A stretch of DNA of 64,000 nucleotides from Octopus vulgaris (GCA_951406725.2 OX597823.1:27342001-27406000), one strand, 5' to 3'; positions 28,265 to 44,000 are shown, numbered from the stretch's first letter. The notes: generated by a model from the letters alone, not told the origin. Made by a program: numbers and translations.

Positions 28265-28488
28265 TTGCTGTTCCTAGCTGGTGGGGATGCTTGCTTCCCT
28301 TTGCGAATATAAGGACACAGAAAATGTGTCAAAGCCGACAGGAGTCGTTGACGTTTCCTAGGGCTATATAGCGGTGGTATAATTCCCTCTACGGGACTGT
28401 CACGTTTTGTTGACTATATAACCACTTTATCGCTCCACCACCGCTCATGTCTCGTTGAGACATTTAGAAATTCATTTTTTCAAATTAT

Positions 28489-29010
<522 letters not shown>

Positions 29011-30257
29011 AAATCATATGTCGCTAAATATATATAGGAAGAGGTCTCGGTCAATATCTCCATCAAATTTGAAGAATTCCTATTGATAAATTTATGTCTT
29101 CCTGTTCAAGGAAAATTAATATTTTTTTCTCTTCTCATATCGCAGTCTCCTACCTCTTGTGGATTTATTTCTCTTCTTCTATATCTTTCTTTCTCTCCTT
29201 CTTTTCCACTTCTTTTTATTGATGAAAAGTAAATAATTCTTATCACTGTATTTTCAGTTTCACCATCGAACTTCCACTTGTAGCTCTTGCGTATGCACAG
29301 ACATACATAGACATAAATACTTATTCGCATATACAAATACATATAGATATATACACACACGCATACATAAATACTTACATATACATATACATATACATAT
29401 ATATATGCATACGCACACACACAAAACGCCATAAACACACACATATTTTTCTTAAGCATTGCGATACTAATAACCTGGTGTTAGAACACTAGCAAACAAA
29501 CTTTTGCACAAAGCATCGATCGAGTAGAGCGATAATAAAAAATTGGGACGACAAAAGGAATAAACATTTTTGAAGTTCCGATGAAGTTAAAGGGTGATAC
29601 TCATGGGAGTGCATTGCACCTTATAGCAGAAACAACCACAACCTACTGAAGTTCATAACATAATTGTTTTATTGATCCCGAAGAATGAAATACAGAGTTG
29701 ACATCAACAGAAATTGAATTCAGTGGTTGTCGGACTCATGATCATCAGCTGTTGGCCCCCGGGCCAAGATAAATTATTTTGCACATCTTCGGATCTGATA
29801 TCAGAGTGTTTCTTGAAAGGGCAGATTTAAGTTTCTCCTGTTGTTACTTGATCTTTTGTTGCCTATTTTCCTTTCTCCTCCTCAGGCTTTCCAGCTTCTC
29901 AGGGTCGAAGAGTCTCAAGTGATTCTTACTGCCACATGTAGAACACCTGTACCTTCAGCCTTGATACATTCCACTTATCGCATTGGCTGTCTTTCTGCCC
30001 TTACAACGAGCTAAATTTCTGACGTGGTCATGCATACCATAGCCGATAACATACGGTCCCTGGTTATCTAGGTAATCATGACCACGACTTGCTCATTTGT
30101 AACAAAAATTCACAATAGTCAATATCATTGACAACGTCTCTGACTATGGCTCTTGTAATCTGCAGCCCCGTTTATTACAGCACTATGAGTTTATGAATTA
30201 TTTGTGTAATTCACCAGTTCAGCTTGTAGATTCGTCTTGTTCTCAATCGAAGATTAG

Positions 30258-30301
<44 letters not shown>

Positions 30302-30866
30302 CCCATAAGTATCTTTCTCGATCAATACAAGCTACACTATCCCACATAACAAACCGGATTGCTTTCAGCTGTTCCATTGAAAGCATACTGAAAACCTTCC
30401 CGTTCTTCGGTTGGCAGACATATGTTGTTTTTCCTTTGCTTTCTTTTTGGTGGAATCGTCATGTAAGAAAGCAAAAAATTTTGTGATATATCTGTTAAAT
30501 ATTTCCTTTTTATTGTGAATCATATTTTCGAAGGTATCTGAGGCAACAGAATAATTGTGTTTCTTACAATCTTGTTTACTGTTCACAATTTGTGTGACTT
30601 ATATTTTTTGTCTGTGTAATGCAGAAGTATTTGCTTGTTTAAGTGTCATCCTTTTTCTCAACGTTTGTCAAATTTGCAATTAAATTTCTAGTTCATATTT
30701 ACAAAGACGTTAAAAAACCCGTCATGTGTTCTGTAGGTCACGTATTCAGTAGACGCCGTACCACAAAACATAATGTTAGACATGTCAGCTAGTGTTTCTA
30801 AAATAAAACAAATGTGTTCAACGAAAAATCTCATTTTTACGACAAAATTACGAAATAATAAAAGTA

Positions 30867-31735
30867 GGAGGTGTAGTCAAAAAGTATCCGACCTTTGGTC
30901 AAAAAACAAGTAATATTAAAAAAAGCCTCGCCATTTTGATTCAGTCTACTTCAAAGTATTCGCCTTGGGAGTCTACGCATTTCTGCCAGAGATTTTGCCA
31001 CTGCTGCCTACACTTCTAGAAATCACTTTTTGGGATGCTGTAAAGCTGTGACGTCGAATTTTGCTTAATGTTGACTCAAATCGTCTCCCTTTGAGTGTTT
31101 TTTTTTTTCCTTTGAGCATTGGGAATTGCCAAAAGTCACATGGAGCCAAGTCTGGGGAGTAGGAAGCCCGACGAACAAGTGGTGTGTTTTGCTTGACAAG
31201 GAATGCTTAGACAACTTAGGCGGAATGAACTGACTCATGGCTGATTCCAACATCAGAGACAATCTCTTTAATAATCACGCGATGGTCTTCTTTGAGCTTT
31301 TGCAATCATTTCGTCGTTTCTGCTTCTCGATGGTCTGTCACAACGTGGCTCACTGTCCACTGAGGTGTGCCATTTTTGAACTGGTTGTACCACTCCTTTA
31401 TTTCTGTTTTTCCCATAGCCTCACCTCCAAAGACTTTCTGAATCTTCTCAATAAACTGGGCTTGCGTATCGCCAGGTTTTTGGTAGAATTTGATACAGTA
31501 TCTTTGCTCAATGCGCTCGGTCATCTTGACTCAGAAGGAAAATCGCACGACACACTCTTCACGCCTGTACTCAACGCGTCACTGCCGGCGAATGACGCAA
31601 CCTACAGACATGAAAATGTTTGCACATGTTTAGGAAGGACGCAGCCACCTAATACCATGCGGATTTTGCTCGCGCCTAATTACTTTTTATTTTGTGCAAA
31701 AAAATCAAGGTCGGATATATTTTTACTACACCTCA
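30867..31735 (-). mobile_element. Internally deleted mariner transposon
   Basis: TIRs GAGGTGTAGTCAAAAAGTATCCGACCT / AGGTCGGATATATTTTTACTACACCTC with TA flanks; N-terminal HTH (EQRYCIKF...IKEWYNQFKNG) and PYSPDLAPCDF motif near 31130-31165. Confidence 0.9.
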
Positions 31736-31749
31736 TATATAATTTTGTT

Positions 31750-31870
<121 letters not shown>

Positions 31871-32186
31871 TTCATAGATGAGATCCAGATGTTCTCCATA
31901 TAGAACACAGTAGTACTCTAGATTTAAAGTTTAAATCTCTTGAGCACTACTAAGTATGTGTGTGTCTGTGTATGTGTGTGTGTGTACAGTGTATGTGTGT
32001 CTATATGCATTTATATGTAAGAGGGTAATTAGTAATTTATATTGAAAGAGTAATCAATATTTGTGCTTAGTTAAGGAATGAGTTTTAAGGGCTTAAACTG
32101 CAAACCAAGGGCCACCACCAGGTGATGATCCTTCAGATATTAAGCGAAACTTATTGAAAATATCAGTGAAGGTGTTGCAATTCATG

Positions 32187-32287
32187 TAACCCAGAGACTT
32201 ATCGTAACCCAGAGACTTATCGTAACCCCGAGACTTGTCGTAACCCAGAGACTTATCGTAACCCAGAGACTTATCGTAACCCAGAGA
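32187..32287. repeat. 18-bp minisatellite (GTAACCCAGAGACTTATC), ~5.5 copies
   Basis: Direct reading. Confidence 0.95.
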
Positions 32288-32289
32288 TT

Positions 32290-33050
32290 TGTCTACCTTA
32301 ATCCGATTCTGAATCTGATCAATAAAAGCGCAATTGAAAACTAAGGGAGGAAGAAGGACAAAAGCATCGCTTGGAATGACTATCAGAAGGCTTTTCAGAG
32401 TGTCCTGTTCGCGTGAATCTTGTCTAGGTTAACCATTTGTAAGGTACTCCCAAGAAAAACAGATACATCAAATATGTCTTGAACAAATAGTAAACAATTC
32501 TGTAGATTCAACCAAAAGGAGGAATTATTAAATTAATATCGTCTTTATGGGAAGAGAAATATCCTACAGGTGTTCCTTCTGGCAATCTTAATACATTTAA
32601 TCAAAACAGAATCCGGAACCAAACTTTGTCGGGGAAAAAATCAATTATGTTTTGTATACAGATGAGCTCGAGCTGTATGTTGCAGACGATAAATAGCGGG
32701 GGGGGGGAACTGCTACGTACAATAACACGGTTTTGTTAATAGAATTGATTTGAGAATCTGTTTACGAAACACGCGCGCGCACACTCACACACACACACAC
32801 ACAAAAGCCAAATATCAATGTAGGAGAATTAATAAAAAACATCGAATAACATAAAATACTTAAAAAAAGAACGGACGTAACCGAAGTAGACCAAAATGAG
32901 ACATTTATACTTAAGAATTAATGAAGTAGATAGAGTACTACAAGGCAAACAAAAGAAAAGATTAGCAAGAGTTAATACAAACGCATCAGATTAATGCTTA
33001 AAACGGCTAATGACAAAAAGTACAGGAAAATTTAGTTGTTCAGTTAGGAA
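32290..33050 (+). pseudogene. Decayed R4/Dong-like LINE reverse transcriptase fragment
   Basis: SIAWNDYQKAFQSV (cf. AWIDYKKAFDSV) and KINYVLYTDELELY (cf. INHLLYMDDLKLY). Confidence 0.6.
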
Positions 33051-33060
33051 GACACAGACC

Positions 33061-33415
<355 letters not shown>

Positions 33416-34007
33416 CACATATGCTTCTGTTGCGACTGTTAGGACAGTAACAAATAAGAGATCGCTAGTGCGCTGAGACAACATTGTTAGTCAAGGGAGA
33501 AGAGGTTGCTACTATGGGCAACTACTTATCTTTTTATTTTTACACAGAAAATATAAAGCTTGCATGTGCTTGTGATTTAGGATGGCACTCTCGAGATATA
33601 GATAACAAACATCCAGACTGTTGATATGTGTGTGTGTGTGTGTGTGTGTGTTTGTGTTTGTAATTACAAATAAAGAAAATGCAGTGAACAAGTTTTATTT
33701 CATTGATTTACAAGTGTTTCATCGACAATCGATGTCATGAGCGTAGCCACATGAAGCAGCTATTGACAGATGAGGTGTCATAGGCATAAACTCGAAGATC
33801 ATTTCTTCTGAATCATGCGTAAAAGTTATCTGCAACGTTTTTGTTTTGTTTATTTTTTGGGTGGGGGGTGGTTTGTGAATTTTCAGACATGTTTGATATA
33901 ACAAGCAATCTCCGGGTTACTATCAGTCAGACAGCCTGAATGCGTGGAGAGGCTTAAGAAATTAAACTCCAGGCGTAACGCCTCAATGAAATTATTACAT
34001 ATATACA

Positions 34008-34038
<31 letters not shown>

Positions 34039-34114
34039 GTGTGTGTGTGTGTGTGTATGTATGTGTCTCTATGCAGGCCTCCGTATGTGAACATATATAT
34101 ATATATATATATAA

Positions 34115-34323
34115 TGTGACCGCGTGTGTACCGTTGGCGATTTTTTTTCCTCCGTCTTCTCTTCTCTGGATCTTTCCTTTTCCTATGTTTCTGACGAAGA
34201 GCTCCGCTCGAAACGTAAAACCCTCTTTGTTCCCTTCCTTCCTGAGCGTCCAATAATACTGTATTTGTTCCAGGTCCTCGCGTTGTTGTGTTTTCTCTTT
34301 GTGTTTTCATGTTTGGATTAACT
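34115..34323 (+). mobile_element. ~210-bp hammerhead-containing element, copy 2
   Basis: Near-identical to the reverse complement of 14706-14919; ends at a short TA run. Confidence 0.85.
34187..34221 (+). ncRNA. Minimal type I hammerhead ribozyme motif
   Basis: GTTT-CTGACGA-A-GAGC.TCC.GCTC-GAAAC-GTA-AAAC; stems I and II perfect, palindromic ACGT stem III. Confidence 0.8.
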
Positions 34324-34335
34324 ATATATATATAT

Positions 34336-34452
34336 ATTAATAATGGTAAGGAGAACGGAGATTTTTCACATCTATAACTCTATTTAACAGTTATCTAATT
34401 GCTAAATAAAATTAGGGATGTGTAATGTCTCCGTTCCCCTAATCGTTATTAA
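34336..34452. repeat. Diverged inverted repeat between TA tracts
   Basis: TTAATAATGGTAAGGAGAACGGAGA / TCTCCGTTCCCCTAATCGTTATTAA. Confidence 0.65.
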
Positions 34453-34657
34453 CACTATTACTTACTCTAGGGAAATTATGCAGTTCTGATTAGGACACGC
34501 GGATATACCTAGCGATAAAAGTTACCAGAGCCGAACAACTTATTGTTATTTCGGGAATCACGAAAGAAGTGTTGTGGTTAGCTGGCATCTGAAACCAAAT
34601 TTAAAAAAGAAAACACAGTAACTGCCAGGATGATATATCCATTTAGATTCAATTTTG

Positions 34658-35504
<847 letters not shown>

Positions 35505-36013
35505 TATATATATATAAAGAAAGTAAGAAAATAAAGAGGTAATCAATAAGTATTTCTTAATTAAAAAAATTAGACAACATCTTTGACAGCTAATTGTCGT
35601 GCTCGATACTTCTGACGACGACGACCTTATTAGCCGTCGACCGCTGCCTTAGACGCATGCGTAACACACGGACACACACACTCGCGGTCGATATCGCCGC
35701 GACGACGGCCCTTCGATCGCAACGCGATGAGCAAAATACAATTTAGCTTACCTTTAACGGATAAATAGATAATCCCATATTGACCGATTTCAAGCTCTGT
35801 GCAAAAAGAATGAAATAGGTGGTTTAGAGTATTTTTGACGTCTATTTCTAGCATGTTTTTTACCTTTTCCAAGTACCCTTCATTATGAATATATATTTTT
35901 ATATATAATGTATGTGTGTGTGTGTGTGTCTGTTATATGTATATATTCATATATATATATATGCCGCATATGAATATATACATATAACAGACACACACAC
36001 ATATACACATATA

Positions 36014-36212
36014 TCTATATATATAAAACTCTAGTTGTGTTTTCATTCACCATCTTTCTTATTAGCATTACTTATTAGTATTTCACTAAATCAAACAAAT
36101 TCGGGTATCTTATAGTCGTGATTCATATCGAGCCCGTCTGACTATTAGCGCGCGTCAACGATGAGTCTACGATTTTAAAAATAATTTAACATCATTTTTT
36201 ATTCCATTTTAC
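36014..36212 (+). mobile_element. Helitron-like element, 5' part
   Basis: A|TCTATATATATAAAA start; CGGGTATCTTATAGTCGTGATTCATATCGAGC shared with the copies at 52458 and 43700. Confidence 0.7.
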
Positions 36213-37543
36213 ATACAAGTATACATAAATAGGTGCATTCGTACTTACATGCATGCGCGCGCGCACACACACACACACGCCCCAGTGTTTTCGTGTTTTA
36301 CATCAAAGGCATGATGGAGATCCATTCCAGCAACGACTTCATGTACACCAAAACTTGCTAAGAAATGCCCGAATTTTATGCATCTCATAACACAATTTAC
36401 TTTCTTATTCTCTGCCCTTCCATCCTCCATTGTTAATTCTTTGCTGAAGTTAACAGATGCCTCTCTAATCTTTCATCTTAGTGAAACTCACCACTTGTTG
36501 TTGCTAATGACCCTCACCATCAATTCTTGCTGAACTAGTTCGCTAATCTGGTCTTTGGGATTTTTGCACCCGGAAAACTGCTTTCAGCTTCCAGCCGCCG
36601 AGTTGTCTATTGGTCTTACCTAATTTGACTGTTTAGATCACGGATTTGTGGCCGTGTATCTATCATCCTGAAACTGTTAATGACTTGCGGCAAAGTTTTT
36701 GGTTAAACAGACGAAAACTTTAAGTACGATCCGAATGACTCGTTACAGTTTTTCCAAGTCCATATTAGCACATTGCACTGTTAGAACGACCTGAGAAGGT
36801 TTTCGAAACTTTTATACTCTCATGTCGGCTACACCTAAGCAATCCTAGTGTGCGACCATGATTTCACCGCAATTGCCTACTAACACTACTAGAAGTGTCT
36901 ATAAACATCTAAAGAAATGCAGTCGTCTGTGCATCCATAATCGATGCACACACGATCACAAGTATCATCACGCTACACTGATCCACACTGTATTCTTATC
37001 CACAATGACTTGTAAATACACAATAATCGAGTGTCTCTCACCAGAAGATTATCATAAAGTATCCGTTGGAGAGCGAGATCATCGAAGCCCTAGCCTGATG
37101 AGAAAATGTTATCCTCGTCTGTTCAAATAAGTATCATCATTTCACCGTTCCATTTCGATGGACGATGTAGTTGACAAGTCGAAAGATGTCGAAAACATTT
37201 TTTTCATTATTTGCCTTATTTCTGATTTCTCTTTCACTGTGAACATTATGATGGCATTCTTGGATCTGTGTGGTTTTAAAAAAAAAATATGGATTTCATT
37301 TTCTAAGCGCAAGGTTTCAAACAAGGAGAAGACCCCATAGCAGGGTTATCATCAAAAGAAGAATGACATTTCAATATTGCGTGTCAATTTTTCCAAATTA
37401 ACTGCACAAAGAAAGTAATCAATTCATCGGATTCCTTTTAATGCAAAAAGACAAGTGAGAAATAGATGGAAAGTTACAGAGCCAGCCACAAATATCTAGC
37501 AGTATTTTAATTGTAACACTTAAAAATAAGAAAACGTGACGAA

Positions 37544-37755
37544 ATTCTTTTCTACTCTAGGCACAAGGCCCGATATTTTGGGGGAGGGAGCCAGTCGATT
37601 AGATCGACATCAGTACGCAACTGGTATTTAATTTATCGACCCCGAAAGGATGAAAGGCAAAGTCGACATCAGCGGAATTTGAACTCAGAACGTAAAATCG
37701 GAGGAAATTCCGTTAAGCATTTCGCTCGGCGTGCTAACGATTCTGTCAGCTCACC
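37544..37755 (-). mobile_element. SINE family C
   Basis: ATCGACCCCGAAAGGATGAAAGGCAAAGTCGAC...GAATTTGAACTCAGAACG. Confidence 0.8.
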
Positions 37756-37839
37756 TGAATATTCTGAGGAGATGATAACATCACAAAATGTTGTTTAGAC
37801 ATTAGAAAGACGAACAACTGGTGAAAGTAAATGCTTGCC

Positions 37840-38320
37840 TTTAGAATACACCACGCAAAATCTGACAGAAATATTATGTGTACTACGAATACAAGATAGG
37901 TGGGGTTTTCATTCAGCTACAAATTTATTATAAAATATCCAATGTATGACTCCAAAATATCTAAAGAATAATAGAGAGTTTATGCAAACAGCCACAAACG
38001 CTTTTCTGTCTTTAAGTTAGCAACAAAGTAATTCAAAGCAGAGGTTTAAATTATAGATAGTTGGGAAATGAAGGAGAAAACCAACAGAAATTGCGAAAAG
38101 TCTAAAATCTAAGATGAAGCTACAAGACGCCACACTACAATGAGAGTAAGAAAAACTCCTACGTAATCAATAACTGTAAAACTGAACAGGAGTAAAATAG
38201 CAAAGAAGATTCGCAACACTGGCTACGAAGCGCAGAACTCGACTCTGAGACTGAAGTATTATTGATTGCGACACGAGATCAAAGCAGCTTTATCGTAAAC
38301 CATTAAAATCATATAACGAA
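37840..38320 (+). pseudogene. Highly decayed R4/Dong-like LINE post-RT segment
   Basis: Remnants resembling HHPKSD..GGRGLIQL and ETEGFIIAAQDQS. Confidence 0.4.
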
Positions 38321-38488
38321 GCAATGCGTCAAGTCATTACAGAATTTGGGGAAATAGGGAAGAAAGGATAAACTACATTTATTTCTGGCTTGCTGTTTTT
38401 AGTTAGCAAAAATACAACTACCTGTATGGCAGAGTTAGGTTACTGGTACGTTGTAAGTAATGAGTCTGATGAGATACTAACGAAAAAG

Positions 38489-38736
38489 AGTTACGGTTTG
38501 TTGCCAGCTTAATGAGGCAGTTACAGGAAAGGGAAGAATGCTACTGCTATTTAGCCATAAGAAACACCATTTCTAATTGGCTACGTGATACAAACGTTCT
38601 GTGTCCTTAAGTTTTCAAACAGGGGAAAAGGACACAGAATGTAGCCAACTAGAAACGGTGTTTCTTGGGGCTAAATAGCAGTAGCATTCTTCCTTTTCCT
38701 TGGACTGCCACATTAAGTTGGCAACAAACCATCACT
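38489..38736. repeat. ~250-bp palindromic (MITE-like) element
   Basis: GAAGAATGCTACTGCTATTTAGCC / GGCTAAATAGCAGTAGCATTCTTC, inner TTCTGTGTCCTT / AAGGACACAGAA. Confidence 0.8.
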
Positions 38737-40002
38737 TTATCGTGCTGCTATTGCATAACTGGGAGATTTAGAAATGCAAAAATGAGTTAGTATAAGCATA
38801 CATCAGAAAAGAACTACGGGAATGACATATCGACCATAGACTAGGATAAAGCTACCCATAACATACTACAGTCACGGAGAACAAATTGATCGAATGTTGT
38901 TGCTAGGATTATGAAGGAACACCGAGAAAGGAAGTACTCCTTAATTAAAATGTAAGTCCCAACAAACGTTCGTATATCTCTAAAATAAATGGTGATATCA
39001 CAGAAATGTAAATATATACACTAGAAATGACCAGAATACAATTGCTGGAAACCTCTATCATAGAGGTTCAAAATACAATCATATAATCATACAATCAAAA
39101 CTCCAGCGCTTAGAGATGTACGCAACATTCAGAAAATAACAGTACTATAGCTGCTGTCACATTTGAAGTATTACGAAGCGTAACTACGTGTAGGATCACA
39201 TATCCAGTGTGTATATTTTTTTTATGATTTAAGGATAATTTGTTTACAACTTTCGGAGTTCGATTTAGACGATTGAACCAGAATAACAGAACAGTGAAAA
39301 CATTCTGCAACCAATATAAAGCAATATATTTAATAAAATTCAATTGGTACAATTGCATTTTCGGTGATCTACTCCAAATAGCAACTGAATTTTCCTCGTG
39401 TAACACTCTTCCGTTTTAAAGAAAGAAACGGCAGTTTGCACATGAGTAGAAAGCGTTTGATCAGAGATCTGCTCGGTTAGAGATGGCTTATTCCAAAATA
39501 ACAGCAACAGCTCCAACAGAAATAACAACAACCACAACAGAAGCAACAACAACAACAACAAACAAATGAACAACCTTTCTAGCACTTACAAATCTTACGT
39601 TCACAAGAAAAGTGAAAGAAACATAACATATTCTGCATGTTGCTTGTTCCCATAAAAACACTGGTTGCAAAATTTCTCCTTTACATGGCGAAAAACAATT
39701 TTAATTAAAATGTAGTCATCTGTGTCAGAAACAAAGCAGTAGATCTAAAACGAATCTTTGTGAAACCTAATAAAGTAAATACTATCACGAAATAATAATC
39801 TCGAAAACTGCTAAAACCGTTTAAATAAACATTCTGGCTTGCTTTATCTGAGACCGAGTTACCCGACAAACAACTGTAATTCAAAGAAGTTAAGGAAAAT
39901 AACAATTTTACATGAAATTTTAGTTTCATGTAAAATATTGGACTTCGCTATAAAATCTGCCTATCTGTACTTCAGACTATCCGTTTATTTACGTATGTAT
40001 GC

Positions 40003-40094
<92 letters not shown>

Positions 40095-40137
40095 GTCTGT
40101 CTGTCTGTCCATTTATCTATCTCTGTCTGTCTATCTA

Positions 40138-40200
<63 letters not shown>

Positions 40201-40245
40201 GTCTGTCTGTCTGTCTATCTATCTGTCTATGTATCTATGTATCTA

Positions 40246-40306
<61 letters not shown>

Positions 40307-40350
40307 AGATATAGATAAATAGATAGATAGACAAGTATATAGATAGACAG

Positions 40351-40414
<64 letters not shown>

Positions 40415-40624
40415 GAATTTCAACCGTATTTCGTGGTCTGCTACCACAACAACTCCTTTATAGGATCCAGTTAGCTCAAGACATCATCAAGAGGAACCAC
40501 ATCCGGTTTCGGTCCCTACTCCTCTACCGTTTTGACGTGGCGCCCCCCACCTTTCGGAGGTGTCCTCAGCTCACGCAGTGACACCGAACCCGGAACCGTG
40601 TGACTGGGAAGCAAGTTTCTAATA

Positions 40625-40833
40625 TACTCTTTTACTCTTTTACTTGTTTCAGTCATTTGACTGCGGCCATGCTGGAGCACCGCCTTTTAGTCGAGCAAAT
40701 CGACCCCGGGATTTATTCTTTGTAAGCCCAGTACTTATTCTATCGGTCGCTTTTACCGAACCGCTATGTGACGGGGACGTAAACACACCAGCATCGGTTG
40801 TCAAGCAATGCTAGGGGGACAAACGCAGACACA

Positions 40834-40905
<72 letters not shown>

Positions 40906-41068
40906 TACGACAGGCTTCTTTCAGATTCCGTCTACCAAATCCACTCACAAGGCACTGGTCGGCCCGGGGCTATAGCAGAAGACACTTGCCCAAGATGCCA
41001 CGCAGTGGGACTGAACCCGCAACTATGTGGTTGGTTAGCAAGCTACTTACCACACAGCCACTCCTGCA
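40625..41068 (-). mobile_element. SINE family A, full length
   Basis: Reverse complement of the 59924-60330 type, with (ACTCTTTT)n tail. Confidence 0.9.
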
Positions 41069-41584
41069 TCTGTTTATATTACATATAAACATATATCGAT
41101 CTCATATTGAATTCCTGCATGCACTCCGCGAGATTTAAAATGTCAACCAAAATAATACCGTATATGTAAAATGTTTTGACTTTCGGAAAATTATGACTGT
41201 CGCATTTGAATTTGACTTTATAGCTTCTAGTTATTTTGTATTACAATGTTATTTCATATTTCGAGTTCACTTTTATGAAAGCCTTCGATTGTTTTACAAT
41301 TTTAAGGTTAAGTTTCGTTGTGGTTTACTTTTATTATTTGTTCACGCATTTAATTATGTTATATTAATTTGTTGTACGATTTCCACATTTTAACATCTTA
41401 ATATATATTCCAAGCAGTTTTTAAAAATGCTTGCGTATATACGTTATGATGTATATATTTATCTTGGTGTGGACTTTATATATATATATGTGTGTATGTA
41501 CGTATTGTAGGTATGTGTATATATGTATTGTATATATGTATATGTATGTATGTATGTATATATGTATGTACGTGTATATATACA

Positions 41585-41643
<59 letters not shown>

Positions 41644-41837
41644 GCATGTATTTGTGTATATATATGTATATTTGTATGCGTGTCTACATGTGTGTGTATT
41701 TGTATGTATGTTTTTATTTAGGGAGATATGTATGCCGTTCTATGTGTATGTTTTATATGTGTGCGCTTCGCAAGCATTTCACTCTCTCTGCCTCTAGCTA
41801 TTTTCCCCTTTCTCTCTCTCTCTCTCTCTAACATCAA

Positions 41838-42087
41838 AGATTCTTTGAAAGTGGCCATAGTCAACGTAATGTCCAAAATGAAACAGTACCACTTGATACG
41901 AGCATGTAGATGATTTAGATCTCATATAAAAGCAGTTGTTGAAGCTGAAGTGGCTTTATTGAATATCATTATTGAAAAGAAGGTTTATTTTTATCATCAT
42001 AACATTTTTGACAAATAAAGTTATTTGTTATTAAATATCTGTTTTTTATAAACATAAATCTATCTTCAAATATCTTACGTTCCCTGT
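41838..42087 (+). mobile_element. Tc1/mariner transposon 3' end
   Basis: DSLKVAIVNVMSKM..HLIRACR*FRSHIKAVVEAE; terminates ...GTTCCCTG|TA. Confidence 0.65.
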
Positions 42088-42319
42088 ATATATGCACTTA
42101 TATTACATATGCACACATGTATATACACTTATATGCACTTATATATATGCACTTGTATATATGCACTTATATTACATACGCACACATGTATATACATACA
42201 TATACATATGCATATATATACATGTAATATGTGTGTGTGTATGTGTACATATACATATATATTACAAGTATATATATATGCATATGTATACATATATATT
42301 GCATATACACATGTATATA

Positions 42320-42391
<72 letters not shown>

Positions 42392-42971
42392 TGTAAGTAT
42401 GTGTATGCGTACATATATATTTATGCGTGTGTGAATGTATGATTGTATAAGTGTGTGTGTTGCCTGTATGTATATGCGGTGAGACTGATGGTATAACACC
42501 ATGTCCATCTATCTCACACTACATTGGAATATCAAAAGACAGGGAAACCCTTGAAGTTAATGCGATATGATAAATAAATGTGTGCGTTTGTTTATGCATT
42601 CATGCATGAATGTAATCTTGTACTATGTATGTAATGTATGGCTACAGCAAAATTTATATTCTGATTGGAAACTGTAATGTTAACCTGAATCACATAGTTT
42701 TTGTCTAAGTAAACAGAGAACTCCGAAGGTTGTACTATAACCATATTACAACGAACAAAGTAGCAAATGATTCTTCGCACAAAATAAACACGTAAATTTC
42801 TAGATTAAAGAACATAGTTCGAGATAATTATTAAATCTTCGTATGAGATATATGGATTTGTATAATCTCTGTCTCTCTCTCTAAACTCTTTCTCTGTCTT
42901 TCTCTCTATGTATGTATATATACATAATTATATATATATATACATATATACATACACACATTCACACATAC

Positions 42972-43002
<31 letters not shown>

Positions 43003-43084
43003 CATACATACATGCATGCATACATACGTACGTACGTACATACATACATACATACATACATACATACATACATACATACATGCC

Positions 43085-43238
43085 ACTACGTTCTGAGTTC
43101 AAATTCCACCTAGGTCGACTCAGCTTTTCATCCTTTCGGGGTTGATTAAATAAGTACGGTTACCCTCTGGGATCGATGAAATCGTCTGTCCTTATTTGTC
43201 CCCTCTATGTTTAGTCACTTGCCGGCAATAAAGAAATA
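43085..43238 (+). mobile_element. SINE family C, 5'-truncated
   Basis: GTTCTGAGTTCAAATTCC...TTTCATCCTTTCGGGG...AATAAAGAAATA. Confidence 0.75.
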
Positions 43239-43699
43239 TATATGCGGGGCAAGGCAGCAATTCCAAGCTCACAAGTTCCTCACGCTTGCGTTTGGCCACA
43301 TTGAGAGTTTGTGCCGGGATATTGTCATACTATAAGAGTGGGCATCTTCAATTGACCAATGTCGGGTAGCAGGCTCTCAAAGCGTAATTTACTGGGTGAT
43401 GTTGTTAAGCATAAAGATTACCGTTCTCAGGACCATATGGGACAAGCTCGAAGTAAAACAACCCCTCGAAATTCCACCAAACACACAACATGACCTTCTG
43501 TTCAAACCGCTCGCATTTGACAACTGGTTCTGAAGCCTGGCCGGAATGAAGCCACTGATTTTTCGTCCCCAGTTACAATTTGACGACAAAAGGTAGGCTG
43601 CTCCATGATTATCGCTCTTTATCATCAACTCATCAACGTTTGATCTTTCCATCTAATTGACGTCAAGTCATTTTCGATGCATCTTATTTTATATTCATA

Positions 43700-44000
43700 C
43701 AAGCAGTATCGCCCGGCGTTGCTCGGTTTGTAAGGGAAATAACTATATAAGCATTTTTAGAGAGTTACTTCCCTTATATAAACCGAGCAAAAAATGAATT
43801 AAAAAACGAAAAAAAGATGGTAATTTCTTTTAAATCGTAGACTCATCGTAGACGCGCGCTAATACCCAGAAGTGCTCGATATGAATCACGACTATAAGAT
43901 ACCCGCTTTTGGTTAAACTGCACCGCAAAATGTGGGAGTAGTTAGGAATCTAAATCGGAGTAGACAGACTCTCACACAACTTCAGTTTTATATATAAAGA
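43700..44000 (-). mobile_element. Non-autonomous Helitron-like element
   Basis: Reverse complement A|TCTTTATATATAAAA ... CCGAGCAACGCCGGGCGATACTGCTTG|T; family of 52458-52857. Confidence 0.8.

Noticed and set aside
32187-32287. CRISPR-like array (also 10476-10611)
   Set aside because: No unique spacers, no cas genes, eukaryotic context; these are plain minisatellites.
36290-36900. Possible Tc1 transposase remnant on the minus strand
   Set aside because: No TIRs found and motifs too decayed to call.
38466-38495. CTGATGA-G...C-GAAA hammerhead-like string
   Set aside because: No stem I or convincing stem II/III pairing.
40495-40572. Minus-strand CTGAGGA-hairpin and CGAAACCGG
   Set aside because: The core halves do not assemble into one fold with stems I to III.
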